This document shows positions 11,781 to 23,799 of a DNA stretch of 64,000 nucleotides, one piece after another. Position numbers and translations under genes: made by a program. Source of the stretch: Lepidodermella squamata (taxonomy: Eukaryota; Animalia; Gastrotricha); contig JBLDXI010000009.1 of assembly GCA_047495785.1 (NCBI GenBank), forward strand, positions 3,658,001 to 3,722,000, in the 5' to 3' direction. Under the pieces are notes generated by a model, which ran no database searches, had not been told where the DNA came from, and saw only the letters and a program-made list of their open reading frames with translations. The stretch's first letter is position 1, and each line of letters opens with the position of its first letter.

Positions 11781-12592
11781 TCTTATTCTTAGAAAAAAAT
11801 GACTAGGGTGAGTAAAAAAGGGGTAGATTCAAAGAATGGATATTGCGCGTATTATGGTCGGTTATGCGCGCGGCTTAAGCGCTAAGACGAATGCGCGGCT
11901 TTTTTCATTAACCACGGTTCATAAAGTTAATTCCAGATCGTGAAATTCCCGGATTATTAATTTTCTATGCGATTTGTGCGGTCTGATCAGGCAACCACGC
12001 GTAAAAGTTTTTGTCTTGTCCTCTTCTGCCCCACAAATAATTGCGTAATTGGCGGAAAATTATCAGACGAATCATGTCTAGTATGGTAGGGTCACTAAAG
12101 ACTAGTTCTGGAAAAATGCAGAGTGGCCCAACAGCTTCTCTTGTTGGTAACAGATAAAACCAACGAGTTTCGCGTAGATCGTGAATTTAGGACGTGCAGT
12201 TATTTGGGCGTCAGCAATTCACGATATTAAAAGGGCATCGATAATTGCGGTATAAGTGAGCTCCTATCCCCGCATCAACTCAATTACCGGTGTTATCCTT
12301 CCAGGAGTACGTCGTGCTAATGCAAATTTTTTATAAAAGGCCCTTTCATTATGCAGTAGTTGATAATGCGTTAATCTCATCATCAAATATTTGCGGTTTT
12401 TCACGAGGAAATGCGTCGTGTTTGCCATTCAAGAAAGCATCCGTAAATCAAATTTATTAGGGATAAAAGTTCGAATGTCGAGCTAACAAAGAATAGTCAT
12501 TTAATTCACCGAGGGTCATGAAATGAAAATGCCATCGAACTATAATTGTCCTGGGGTCATAGTCATAATAAAAACAACCGGAGTTATCCCAT

Positions 12593-12844
12593 TCAAGGCT
12601 TCCGGAATTTTCTGTTAGAATGGGCTGCTCGGCCGAAACTCATGCCGCTGCGCTTCGGCTTGCTGTTCGGATGTTCATTGCTTTGATCGCTCTCGTCGCT
12701 GTGAGAATGTTCTTCTTCTTGTGACCCTTGTGAATCTTGTGAATCGTCAGCTTCAAGTTCAAGATGACGCGCAGCCTCAGCGCCATCCATCAACACTAGC
12801 GCAAAAACTACTGCAAGTCCAAAAGCCAGAATAAGTTTGTTCAT
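12593..12844 (-). CDS. P5 prepropeptide (83 aa)
   Basis: MNKLILAFGLAVVFALVLMDGAEA signal; acidic Ser/His-rich pro-region; KR-SGMSFGR...RKP. Confidence 0.8.
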   Translation of the reverse strand: MNKLILAFGLAVVFALVLMDGAEAARHLELEADDSQDSQGSQEEEHSHSDESDQSNEHPNSKPKRSGMSFGRAAHSNRKFRKP

Positions 12845-13302
12845 TTTCGGAGAGCTTTCGAAAAACAAGTAAAACTTTGAACAGCTAGTTGTCAATGTGT
12901 TGATGAGAAGAAATCGCGAAACTTATATACTATTAATTTACCTGAGAAATGCGCTCACATGCGGCTTTGCGTCAATTACTGCTAATTAATCAACGTGAGA
13001 TTAAATTCCGGCTTATTGAAGCCCCAATCTCACAACACCTGGAAATCCATCTTAAACAGATTGGCGAAACCCCGCAAGTATTCGATTATCTCGCAGCCTG
13101 TAATCTGGGTGAAAATGCGTAGATTCTTGGAAAAGTGTACGAGCAATCGGAACGGCTGCCAAGTCTTAAAAACTAGGATTATCTGCAGGTTCTGAATTTA
13201 TATAAAGGACCTGGTTTTTACAGACAAGGCAAAAAATGTCATGAAGCCGTGGAAATGTTCATATCCCAAAGTTATAGTCATGTCTTGTCCCCTGGATCAA
13301 AA

Positions 13303-13590
13303 TTAATAAGGGTTCGTCCTTGAGAGACCAATTCGATTGCCGTTAACTTTAGCCATCCAATTAGCTGCTCGCAGCTTGTAGTTGCCAATATTCCGCTTCC
13401 CAGCAACCGACATGATGCTGAGAATCTGCTCATCAGTGAGCGGAGGAGGAGGCTGCTGACGGCCGTGGTGGGAGCCATCGTGATTCTCCTTCACAGCATC
13501 TGAACGAAACGGGATCGGCACTGCATGCGAGAAAACCATGATGACAGCAAAAAGTGTTGCAAAGATAAGCAAGCTGCTAACGCGTGACAT
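13303..13590 (-). CDS. P6 prepropeptide (95 aa)
   Basis: Signal MSRVSSLLIFATLFAVIMVFSHA; QQPPPPLTDEQILSIMSVA-GKR amidation site; basic C-terminal peptide. Confidence 0.8.
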   Translation of the reverse strand: MSRVSSLLIFATLFAVIMVFSHAVPIPFRSDAVKENHDGSHHGRQQPPPPLTDEQILSIMSVAGKRNIGNYKLRAANWMAKVNGNRIGLSRTNPY

Positions 13591-13841
13591 GACCAGGCTA
13601 AAATCGTAAAATTATACCACAAGTGATTTGTGTTGCTTTTCAAAATGAACTCGAAACTCCTTATAACTTCGTCTCCGAACTGTTATTTTATTCTAGTATC
13701 TAGGGAATAGTTCTTTCTTAACGGACATTTTCAACAACAGCCACATGACAATGGTAGGAGTCTGACGTAAGAGATTGATACTGGGAATTAAAATGAAAAC
13801 TGCTGACTATATTGCCTCGGGTGATGCATGATGACATTTAA

Positions 13842-14063
13842 TCAAGGCTTGCGCGCCAATGACTTCAGGTGAAATTGCTTTGCGAAACCGGCACCTCGTT
13901 TTGACAGGAGCATCCTGTCGAATGAAGAAGGCCACATGGGCACTTCGTACATACTGCTGTCGTCGTCATCGTAACCCGCCGCTGCTGTGGCTTCCAGAAC
14001 CAACAGCATGACGAAAACGGCGCACATGGCGTAGAAAATGTTGAAGGAATTGAACGCTGCCAT
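13842..14063 (-). CDS. P7 prepropeptide (73 aa)
   Basis: Signal, acidic spacer, KR-GAGFAKQFHLKSLARKP. Confidence 0.8.
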   Translation of the reverse strand: MAAFNSFNIFYAMCAVFVMLLVLEATAAAGYDDDDSSMYEVPMWPSSFDRMLLSKRGAGFAKQFHLKSLARKP

Positions 14064-14586
14064 TCTATTGACGGTAAACTTTGCTAAAATGTCAGTCTAT
14101 TACAGCAAGAAAAATAAGTTTAAGTTCGGTGCATTCGGCTGGGCGGAGGAAGGGGATGAAAATGGGCCAGAGATTTATGCGAGTCAACCTCAATTTTCGC
14201 AAAACTGTGATAACCTCATAAATAAATTGCTTTTTATTGGCTCTGCGACTGAGAGGGTTGAAATCCCACAAATTCCGCTGAGGATTATCAAAGTAAATTG
14301 GAATAAAATATGCCGCGAGAAACCATAATTATACGAAAAATGTGCGTCATGTGAGAACTTGATTGCAAAATTTGATTTACATTCTTCCAGGGAGTTCATC
14401 CTTTTATTCCTCCTTCATCCCTCGCGTCCTTTCATTCTGACGTCATCGGGTCAAAAAGAATGTTGATGACTGCAATTTTTATTGAAATAACCTAACCAAA
14501 CACTAGGCAGGCATCAAATCCTCTAAATATGATAATCAAGGAAAGCAACAATGGACAGTGACTCATAACAGCACTTGGCTCTAGCA

Positions 14587-14973
14587 TTACAGAACGCCCA
14601 TTCGGGCGATTTTCTGAAATTGGATCGGCCGATAGCCACCTCTGTGCTGAACGGCCTTGATTGCTCGCTTCTCTAGAGCATCCATTTGATCGTCGTCATC
14701 ATCTTTGTCTTCCTCTTCGTCTTGTGAGCGGCCTCGGTAAAACCAAGACTGTGTCTCTCCTGCGTTCTGTTTAGCTATGGCTTCATTGTCAGCGAATTTG
14801 GATTGCCACCCAATTGCGGCATCCCCGGCTCCGAATCCTTTGCCCCTACCAAGCGTCATAAGAGCTAGAATGTCATCGTCTTCATCGTGGCCATAGGCTG
14901 CTGCTTGATGCAATATCACAGATGTGAAGATCACACTGAATAAAGCGATGCGCTGAAGATCCATTTTCGACAT
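14587..14973 (-). CDS. P8 prepropeptide (128 aa), two-box type
   Basis: Signal; KGFGAGD-x19-AGETQSWFYRG; acidic tract; KR followed by a basic C-terminal peptide. Confidence 0.85.
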   Translation of the reverse strand: MSKMDLQRIALFSVIFTSVILHQAAAYGHDEDDDILALMTLGRGKGFGAGDAAIGWQSKFADNEAIAKQNAGETQSWFYRGRSQDEEEDKDDDDDQMDALEKRAIKAVQHRGGYRPIQFQKIARMGVL

Positions 14974-16168
14974 GATTTGAAGAGTAAAAGAGATACTATA
15001 ATAAAAACAGCTATATCAGGTAAGTAAAGGGTACAGGCTAAAAGCTGCGTGGATTTGGGAGGAAGCTGAGTAAAGTTTTAGGCCTCTTGAACAATGATGA
15101 AATAGGACCTCCCGCCAGGATATTAGCACTAGCGGGCGACGTCACAAAACTTGTTATTTGCTTGCAATTATATAGCGATATTATACCTATCTAATGTTTC
15201 GCTTGATCGATCAAGCTTTGCGATGACCATTTTTGCGCGACAACATAATTTGCTGCCCACGAGTGCATACCTGTTTTTAAATTATTCCTGCTGACTTTCA
15301 ACACGCGACGTCGGTTTTGCCCGAGTAGGCGAGAAAGGGCGGGACAACGGGCGCAAAATTACTTTTCGCAGGCGTTTCGCCTATTTAAGGAACCCAAAAG
15401 ATTTCTGCCACTCCTATGCCAATTTTTTCAGAATAAAGAAATGAGCAGTGATGTTGAGGCTGAAAAATGCTATCAGCTTTCATCGACATGTGGAATTCAG
15501 ATATTACGTCTAAAAATAACGGGAGATTATCCGAATTAGAGAATGATGGCTCGCAACTAAGCTGCTACAACTCCGAAAATGATTGCGTGGAGAAATATTA
15601 CTCATCCATCGGGCATCTCTGTCCATACTTTCGAAATTCGACGAATGAGATCTGAAATGACAGTGAAAGCGTTTCTTTGTCAGAGCAATGGATACCACCC
15701 CGCTCCGCATATTATTCGGCATCTTATACTGGAGTCCAGATGATGTGTCACGGCGCACAGCTTTCTCCGCTGTGGAATGCAAATGAATTAGATGGGTGGA
15801 CAATGTTACTTATAAGACATGAATTTAATTTTATTACATTAATATGGAACCTCTATTACCCTTGCTGCATGATGCCTGAATGAATTTTTCACTCAGTCAT
15901 GAAACGATGATGTTGGGCAACCCCGTTAACTGAACGGAATGCGCCTGAAATCAAGTCAATAAGGACATTATGGTTATAGACTGCAACACGCAAGTCTCGA
16001 AACTAAAGACACAGTCCTCATATTCCAGTAAAAAACTAGAACTTGAAAAAACGCAATAGTCTCGCCGACGTTCAGATTTTTAATTAAAAAATGACCTAAT
16101 TCATTGCGAAAGTTTGAAAAATAATATAAGTAATGTGATTCATGTCAAATCATCCGCCCTGGCAGATT

Positions 16169-16660
16169 TCAGTTTCCTTTCATTCCAGATGATAAATCAG
16201 GGTCTTCGTCCATATTCTCTGACAAGGCGATCATTTTACGCCACGCAGCAGCAGCTCGGCGTTCGAAATTGTTATCATAGTCTTGCAATTCTTCTAGCTC
16301 CGCATCAGCGATGCCAGACTTCGTTCGAAAGGCTCTGTAACTTGGCTCGAGGTCGACTGTGTCGCTTGAAGTTTCATCGTCCAGGTTCTCACTGCTCGTT
16401 TTTGCCAATCGGCTTCGAAGTGCGGTTGCTTGACTGAGCCCGTAGCTTTCTTTGCTAGAAACATCGCCTGAATCGTCTCTACCAAGCGATATTTTGTAGT
16501 TCAGATCTGTTGGCCGCAATTTTTCGTTGTCGAAGTTCTCCTCAGAGAAGTCTATGGCGTAGTCAGGTTCTGAAAGTTCATCATTCATGTTGAAAGGGGC
16601 TTGCATGGTTGATCCGAAGCATAGTAGTAAAACTACAAAGAAGAGGGAAGCGTTCAGCAT
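16169..16660 (-). CDS. P9 acidic secreted precursor (163 aa)
   Basis: Signal MLNASLFFVVLLLCFGSTMQA; KISLGR-DDSGDV; RR/RK sites. Confidence 0.75.
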   Translation of the reverse strand: MLNASLFFVVLLLCFGSTMQAPFNMNDELSEPDYAIDFSEENFDNEKLRPTDLNYKISLGRDDSGDVSSKESYGLSQATALRSRLAKTSSENLDDETSSDTVDLEPSYRAFRTKSGIADAELEELQDYDNNFERRAAAAWRKMIALSENMDEDPDLSSGMKGN

Positions 16661-16995
16661 TATATTTGAAAGTTTCCAGAAATGAAAAAAGTGAATATAA
16701 GCACTAAACCACTCTTCACATCACGTCTTTTTGTCTCTTGCTGAATAAAACCGCCGCGTGACATCGGAGGCGTTAAAGTGAGAAACGGAAAAAGCAGTCC
16801 GTTAAAACTTGGGATGAAATATCATTCTGTAACGCATTATTCAAGGAGGTGGCATCGCCAAAAAGTGTGCACTTACGAGAAAGCTAAATGACCTTTAGAA
16901 GCCTAAAACGCCCCGAAACACCCACACAGCCAAAACATGTCAAAAACGTCGTTGCACGTTTATTCCGTTTTCACAAAGAACGCAAAACTCATAGA

Positions 16996-17334
16996 TTAAT
17001 CATTGTCTCTATCACTCCCAGGCCAGTCGCTCTCAGGTGAATCACCAAAGTTTGAATCTTCTCCGCTCTCGAATTTCTCAGCGAAATTCTGCGGAGCAAG
17101 AATCAGCTGATCAATAGACTCTTCATCATAGTCATCAGGCAATGCCTCGTTTCGGAACAAAGACGGAATAACATCTATTAAGGAGGGCATGCGTAGCATC
17201 AAATCGGCCATCTGCTGTCTTCTGAGTTGCTCTGAACCATACTCTGCATTGTCATCTGCTTGAACGTTTATTAGGGTGTTCGCAGAAATTTGTGATGCCA
17301 GCATCACCACTATGACGAGGACTAAAAATGGCAT
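16996..17334 (-). CDS. P10 acidic secreted precursor (112 aa)
   Basis: Signal MPFLVLVIVVMLASQISA; RR; KFESGED...ESDWPG (degenerate boxes). Confidence 0.7.
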   Translation of the reverse strand: MPFLVLVIVVMLASQISANTLINVQADDNAEYGSEQLRRQQMADLMLRMPSLIDVIPSLFRNEALPDDYDEESIDQLILAPQNFAEKFESGEDSNFGDSPESDWPGSDRDND

Positions 17335-17874
17335 TGAAGTATATCGAGAAGAAATAAGCCCTAGTTTGAAGGAAAAATGGATTAGGTACATCCAAGCGAT
17401 AAGAATTGAAGAAAAACGAAAACAATATAAATGCTCATATTACGTCCACGGAGCTAACCATGAGCCCAAATCTCAGAACCGTGTGGCGCAACATGCAGGG
17501 AAGAATTTTTCAACCAGTTAATTTAGGAAACGAGTTTATTCACTCAGGGTGTCCACTCACCATTCATTGAAACTTTGTCGTAGTAGGTAGGCGTCGATGG
17601 ATGAGTTGGCATGCAGCCTTCACTTGAACTTCAGTGTAAACGGTAATGAATTTGGGACGACGAACTGCTATATCCGTTCCGCAAAGGTGACCTTTCATTA
17701 TTTTACAGCTATTTATAAGTAGGAGCGAGCGAAATTGTTGATTGCGTCTTTTTAATTTTCCGGTTTATAACAGCATGAATGATTTTATTATTCAATACAA
17801 TTTGTCGTTTATTGCACTGATTTCATCGCAGCTGCTTTCTCTTCATCGTCAAGTGCGCTGCAAATAAAAATCGT

Positions 17875-18848
17875 CTAGAGAAACATTAAGTGTACAGAAT
17901 GTTGGCGGAGGGGGAAAGTTTCGTTTTCTTGATGCTTTTCGATCACCACTGAAGTTGCCGTCATTAAAGGAATCGTGTCCGGCACTTTGCTACTGTAATT
18001 TGCCACCTGTGAGAGACACATGGATGTTGTCGTCAAAGAGATGCAAACAAGATGCAAGATGAAAGATACCGTATTTCTCGAAAATTTACCGCGGGCTATA
18101 TTTATGAACAAATGATTTTTGATTCGGGTTGTATTAGGGAGTGGGGATATATACGGGTGTGCTGTTTAATTGCGAATCATCACAAAAAGCCGCGAGCAAT
18201 TCGTATTAAGACGACGTTTTTAGATTGTTTTATTTGTCGATTCAGTGAAAAAGTGAAAAAGTTACAATTTCTTGATGTTGTGATTTTGTGATTTTGTGAA
18301 CTGGTGATGTTGTAGCCATTCCTTGACGCATCGACGATCGACCTTGAAGACTCTCGAGGCATCGTTTGCTGAGATTGCTTTTGCATGATCAGCCACGCGA
18401 ATTTTGTATGCGAGGGAATACTTGCGGTGCCGCTTTCGCTTGTCTTCTTCGGACACCTGGACGGAATCTTGAAGACGATCAGGAGAGCCAGCCATCATCG
18501 ATTCCAGAAGGTTAAAACGATTAAGAAGGATATGAAAATGTTAAAATAAAACTCTGTGTCTCAGCTAGTGAATGCTGAATGGGCATTTTCTGCTGGCTTA
18601 TGAATGGTGCCAAGATCAGACGTTGCGAAGCTGCTTACGCGATAGCTAATCACTGATTACGATAATGCGTCATTAATAAGGCTTTTCTTTTGTTCCAACG
18701 CATGCTTCGCCCAAATTAAAATAGCTGTGGTACAATTTCGAGGCCTGGGTTAAATATGAACAAACGATTTTTTCGTCGGGTTGTATTAGGGAGCGGGGAT
18801 ATATACAGGTGTGTCGTATATTTTCGAGAAATACGGTACATGATTCAT
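17875..18848 (-). pseudogene. Probable 28th precursor disrupted by the pogo-like insertion
   Basis: Removing the element and one TA gives ATG AAT CAT GTA TCT TTC...: MNHVSFILHLVCISLTTTSMCLSQ...VVIEK...FL* (67 aa), on the same strand as its neighbours with a signal-like N-terminus. Confidence 0.5.
18067..18838 (-). mobile_element. Non-autonomous pogo-like DNA transposon with Brinker-type HTH remnant
   Basis: TA-ccgtatttctcgaaaat ... attttcgagaaatacgg-TA; ~60-bp subterminal direct repeats; ORF 18262-18498 RKYSLAYKIRVADHAKAISANDASRVFKVDRRCVKEW. Confidence 0.85.
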
Positions 18849-19604
18849 TTCGCAAACACAAATGGACTGAACTTATCTCGCCATCAGATGAACAAATGTA
18901 AAGCATTTCCGGCGTGCGTCAAGACGCCGCAAATGTCCCACGTCAAATCACGAGGCATCAGAGCAAAAATGTCCATGCAAAAGAACGTCATTAAGTTTGA
19001 TGTTGTAGGCTGAACAAAATCTTCAACCTGATTAGTCATTTGGTCGTAGCCATGATTCCGCCTTATTGCTGCGTGAATCCACGAAAGCTTCGTAAAAAAC
19101 GGTAGGAACTGATTTTCACGAAATAGTTGGAAATGGCCCTCATAGGGTCGATTCAAGCAGCAAAAGGCGGAGTCATGGCTACGAACAGCTGACCAGTCGA
19201 AGGAAAACCAACGAAAATATTTTTTATTTTTGTCCTCATTTGATATAAAGGTTGCGGATTTTTTGGTTCTGCTTAAAACCTATTAATTGATATAATTTGC
19301 TGCTGCTCATTAAATTGAATGTATACCATTTATGTTAAAAATTCGACGCTGAGCTTTGCTGACATAAATGATTTATTTTCAAGCCATCCTCACAGTGAGG
19401 AATATTCAACACTGAGGTCAAATTGGCCAAAAAAGACCTAACAAGTGATCTTGCCCCAGTTTCTATTTTTGGCAAATAAAGCAACGCAGATGATATTTGC
19501 TGAATGTTGGCTATACTCGTCAAGTCGCCGAAATAAGTATTAAGGGCCGTGATTTCTAGACGGAGCACACTTTGGGACAGACGATCAAACGGGCGACATA
19601 TCTA

Positions 19605-19832
19605 TCACTCGATATCCATAGCCAAGCCCTCGCCGAATCGATCTTGTAGTTTTTGAGGGAATATGATGTTCGATAATATGCCAGCGCCGTCGAATTTCCC
19701 GTGGCTGTGTAGATCAGTGTCTTGGCTATCTTCAAATTCTTCGTGGTGCATAGGCGCCCGGTTCAACGCCATCACAGCTGCCATGAGGGCGAACAAAACC
19801 AATAAATTGAAGCTAGAGATTAAACTCGACAT
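19605..19832 (-). CDS. P11 precursor (75 aa), box A
   Basis: Signal MSSLISSFNLLVLFALMAAVMA; HGKFDGAG. Confidence 0.75.
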   Translation of the reverse strand: MSSLISSFNLLVLFALMAAVMALNRAPMHHEEFEDSQDTDLHSHGKFDGAGILSNIIFPQKLQDRFGEGLAMDIE

Positions 19833-20175
19833 TTTACAAAAAGATTGGGGCTTGTAATGAGAATGCAAAGTTGGGCAAAATTTATTCTACTTATAAATTT
19901 AGTGCGTGGAACTACGCAAATTTTCTTGACCATTGAATTTAAAGCGTTGTTAATTCTTAACTGTTCTAGTGAGATAATTGCATTACAAAACGGCACTTAT
20001 TGGTGCAAAAGTATATGAAAATACACGCAAGTTTATTTTAAATTCACAATAATTACAATCGCCATTTTCTCTACGGCTAAAAGATGCTGAAACGTCAAAT
20101 GAGCGTGATGATTTTATTCGCTTCGAATCAGATGTGTTGGATGGACGTGGTCAGACCGGAAACGTAGAAATGCAT

Positions 20176-20397
20176 TCATCGCTCATCGCTGTCTTCTAGC
20201 GGCGAGAGCGGGGCGTAATTTCCTGGTTTCGCTCGGCCTCCTACACCATAGAACCAGCCTGCGGTTTTGCCGGCTGCGCTCTCCATCATATTATCAGTTG
20301 GCAACTCGACGCTCACTTGATCCACGTCACCAGCGTTGTCGAATCTCGCTGCTATTGCTGAAACGAGAAGAAATAACAGCAACACAGAGGCTAGCAT
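20176..20397 (-). CDS. P12 precursor (73 aa), two-box type
   Basis: Signal MLASVLLLFLLVSAIAA then RFDNAGDV...AGKTAGWFYG. Confidence 0.85.
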   Translation of the reverse strand: MLASVLLLFLLVSAIAARFDNAGDVDQVSVELPTDNMMESAAGKTAGWFYGVGGRAKPGNYAPLSPLEDSDER

Positions 20398-20772
20398 TTG
20401 AAAGCTACAACTTCGAATCGTGGTTGCATTCAGGTCGAAAAAGTAGAAATGTTTACCAGAAGAAATGAGCCAGACGGGCTTTCTATTCAATGCATTCTTT
20501 CATTTTGATTGCTCCGCCCACTCCAGAGGAACGGACCTCTTGAGACTTTTTGTCATTAATCTGCCCCTCCGTGATCGCCGATCAATCTAAGAGTCGAAAT
20601 AATGAGATTCGCTGAGAAAACCTTCAAAATAAAATAATAGCGTAGTTCGGTGAGATTTCGGTGGGTTAAGGCTTTGAGTGGAAACTAACATTGCACCATA
20701 CATCAACGTGGTTTTCCCGTTATTTTCACAAAAATAAAATTTTATTAGCCTTGGATTACGCCTTCATAAGTT

Positions 20773-21198
20773 CTATTCGTCTTCAAAATTATAGTGGCCG
20801 TACCACCAACCGTCTGTTTGGCCGGAAGGACTCATCATTTGCAATATCCAAGTCAGCTTTTTAGCCAGAGATGGCCGGGGATCGACAAATTGTGAACGAG
20901 TGCGCATCTTCGGTTGGCGAATGACAACTGGTAGTTTTTCGAGAACATCGATGTCAACCCCATCTCTGTCACCGTGAAGCACTGATGCTACGTTGCCGAA
21001 ACCAGTGTACTTCCCATGATAATGACCCCGAGAATCATTGTGATCCGAATCATCGCCATCCGCCTCTTCTTTGTGCTCGTGAGATGATGATGAATCGTCG
21101 TCGATTGGTCGTGGCTGAACGCCTTGGCTAAGGCATACAAGTAATAGATGAAGGGCGACGATAAGAGGAGCAATTTTAGCGTGCATGATTATTAACAT
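20773..21198 (-). CDS. P13 precursor (141 aa), two-box type with long spacer
   Basis: Signal; acidic/His tract; HGKYTGFGNV...SGQTDGWWYG. Confidence 0.85.
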   Translation of the reverse strand: MLIIMHAKIAPLIVALHLLLVCLSQGVQPRPIDDDSSSSHEHKEEADGDDSDHNDSRGHYHGKYTGFGNVASVLHGDRDGVDIDVLEKLPVVIRQPKMRTRSQFVDPRPSLAKKLTWILQMMSPSGQTDGWWYGHYNFEDE

Positions 21199-21736
21199 CG
21201 TCTATGAAGTGAAATAAGTCTCTGTTTATCAGTACTTGGTCACTCAATCCATTCAAGCATGGTGTTTGTCCGTAGCTAATGGGTGAAATAGCGAATCAGG
21301 AGCCCACGCCTCTCATAAATCATACGTCTCATTGAGTAAAGACAAGTAGTATAGAACACATTTACCTATATTTCAGCGAAATAGTACTACGTGATCCAGA
21401 ATCACCATCGATAATCTATCTGAAATGATAGGTGAAGATGTAAAAGCTCGTGTTATAATGACCATGTCTGTGCCTGGCGGGCCGGATAGTTGAAGGTACA
21501 TGTTTTAGGTTCGACTGATTTAGCTGTTTCCCCCGCAACGGCGGAAAGCTCCTTCTCAATTCTGCCACTCACTTTAAAAGGCGGAAGTAATCGACTTTCC
21601 TTTGCAGTCATAATTAAAATAATGTTTCAATAGCCACTGTAATATTTTATTGCTCAAATGAATTTTAATAGAACTACGCTAAATTTAACAGGTTCCTTGA
21701 TGATGAATAATTTCGAGTCTCACGCCTACGTTAAAT

Positions 21737-22063
21737 CTAATTCCTGCTGTTTTTGCTCTGTCTGATAACGAACATCTTGAATCGGTTCGAATTCGGTGAT
21801 CGTAGAAGGGCAAAGCTCGCAGCGCGAGGAAAGTCATCGCTATCTTCCTGCTGAGTGGTAGACTTAGATCCACGGTTGCCGGTGCCGTAGTACCAACTGT
21901 CAGTGTCTCCCGCAGGCATATCCATGTCTCCTCCCAAGTTTTTTTCAGCAAAGATAGGCGACACATCACCAGAGTTTTTGTATTTAGCAAAGGAGCAGTT
22001 TGATTGCCTGAAAAGTAGTAGAACCACCAGCAAGGGGCTAAAGATTGAAGAGAACATTGCCAT
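21737..22063 (-). CDS. P14 precursor (108 aa), two-box type
   Basis: Signal; AKYKNSGDV...AGDTDSWYYG; basic tail. Confidence 0.85.
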   Translation of the reverse strand: MAMFSSIFSPLLVVLLLFRQSNCSFAKYKNSGDVSPIFAEKNLGGDMDMPAGDTDSWYYGTGNRGSKSTTQQEDSDDFPRAASFALLRSPNSNRFKMFVIRQSKNSRN

Positions 22064-22493
22064 TGTTGGGTTATAATCTTTCGCTATCGGGCGCAATCGG
22101 TACGATTACAATCAAGGAAATGGAATCGTTCGATTGAGTTTGTTTCCAGAATGTGGCCACTGGCTACGCATTCTGTCTGACTGTGCCTGTTAGGGGAAAT
22201 CGTTGCTAATCTGTCAATTCTCAACGGTATCCAATATTTATTTTGTATCGGCACGAATCTATGATGCCTGTTCTCCTACGTTGGCCAAGGGGCACACTTT
22301 TTACCGCTGGGACTTTAAATTAGCTATTTACAGAAATCGCAGTTTATCTGGGCTCTGATCTGAATTTTTAATTAGGGATAAAGGACAGGACAAACGCTAT
22401 CTAAAATGATAGATCAACTAACGAGTTATTAACATATTCAAGCTATCACACAAAAGATATTTAGACTGAAGCATCTGATGCGTATTCCGAGGC

Positions 22494-22826
22494 CTAGAAA
22501 GCCCCCATAGAAAGTCTCTTTGAAAAAGACTTCCGGTACGCTTTGATCTGAGCAGCCTTTCGCTGCAGCTCTTTTCGCTCTCTTTCTGTCCTAGCATTGG
22601 CAATCATCGCCTGTAAATCATCATCCTCAGCGGCTTGCTTTATCAGTCCAGCCAGAGTCTTTTTGTCATTGGCACCGTACCACCAGGCGTCTGTCGGGCC
22701 GGATAATGGGGCTTGCCTTCTAACCAGATGCCGCAGACTCTCATCTTCGGGAGTTCCAGAGGTTTGCGCGGTAAGGGCGGAACATGAAATAAGGATTGGC
22801 AGCAGAAGTAACCAGCTGGAACTCAT
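22494..22826 (-). CDS. P15 precursor (110 aa), box B only
   Basis: Signal; RR-QAPLSGPTDAWWYGAND-KK; helical basic tail; KR. Confidence 0.85.
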   Translation of the reverse strand: MSSSWLLLLPILISCSALTAQTSGTPEDESLRHLVRRQAPLSGPTDAWWYGANDKKTLAGLIKQAAEDDDLQAMIANARTERERKELQRKAAQIKAYRKSFSKRLSMGAF

Positions 22827-23505
22827 GGTTAAAAAAGCAACCTAGAAATCTAGATATGAAAAGACTGAATAGACTTGAAAATTAGGTCGCAGCAAAATTG
22901 ATAAAAATCGTGATATTCCACTTCAACACATCATAGCATTCGTGAGGTACATTCCACTGTTGCTTTCTGAATGCATGTAGGAGGCGTTTGCGTGATTGCT
23001 GATTGTGAGTGGGACGTTCGTGGTCAAAGGGGGGCCGTACACAGGGAAATCAATTCTCAAATGTTCTCGAAATACTTATAATAAATATCTCATTCTCTAG
23101 ATTTTGAGTGACTTTCAAGTATCAGCGGATAGATTTTGGAGAATTTTATTCGCTAGCATCATTTCCCGTTCCATGGCGCGAGAAAGCCCTCTCGGTGGGC
23201 ATTCGGAAACAAATCGGCTGAATGGGCGCTTTTAGGCGGAAATCAGACTAATTGTACAAAGGCGCTTCTTTTTCACGCCAATTGTAACGCCGCTTTCAGT
23301 TTCTTAAAATGCCTGTAATCAAATCTGTGTGAACGATTCTTCGCTTCGGTGAACATCTTCCTATTAGACACTTGAAGCTAAATTAGGGAATGCGTATGCC
23401 AAGAAAACAGCGGAATAGAACTTGCTCTTTATTTCTCGTATCGAATATAGTTCATATACCTCTTCAAACAGAGGGTGTGAATGGTATTAAGTTGGAATGG
23501 TTCAT

Positions 23506-23799
23506 TCACAGTAATCTCTTGACTGCAAGCAATCGCATAGGGATTTTTCGTGGTAGATAAGCCGCAAGGGCTCGCTGGACATCCTCATTTCGCTGTTCGA
23601 GAGGCAAGTCTTTCCCAGACTTGTAATTCCCATACCACCATCCGTTAGTTCGACCAGCCGAGTTAGGATACACAACTGATGGATCTAGTGGGCTAACAAA
23701 GCGAGAACTGACATCCCCAGCTCCGGTAAATTTAGCCGAAACACTGATCGCCTGAAGGAAGAAGGAAGTGATCGCTAATATGACAATTGCAGACGGCAT
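23506..23799 (-). CDS. P16 precursor (97 aa), two-box type
   Basis: Signal then KFTGAGDV...AGRTNGWWYG. Confidence 0.85.
   Translation of the reverse strand: MPSAIVILAITSFFLQAISVSAKFTGAGDVSSRFVSPLDPSVVYPNSAGRTNGWWYGNYKSGKDLPLEQRNEDVQRALAAYLPRKIPMRLLAVKRLL

Noticed and set aside
13395-13445. P6 MSVA-GKR as PDF or DH44/ELH ortholog
   Set aside because: Only the last residues resemble them; the N-terminal family signatures are absent.
15440-15883. Short ORFs between P8 and P9 as another gene
   Set aside because: No signal peptide or recognisable domain; possibly decayed transposon, unsupported.
20985-21010. GFGN as an achatin-type peptide
   Set aside because: Single copy, not flanked by dibasic sites; it aligns better as a box-A variant.
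20773-23799. DGWWYG as an SH3 domain signature
   Set aside because: No ALYDY or GxxPxNY elements; the proteins are secreted and too short or unstructured for the fold.
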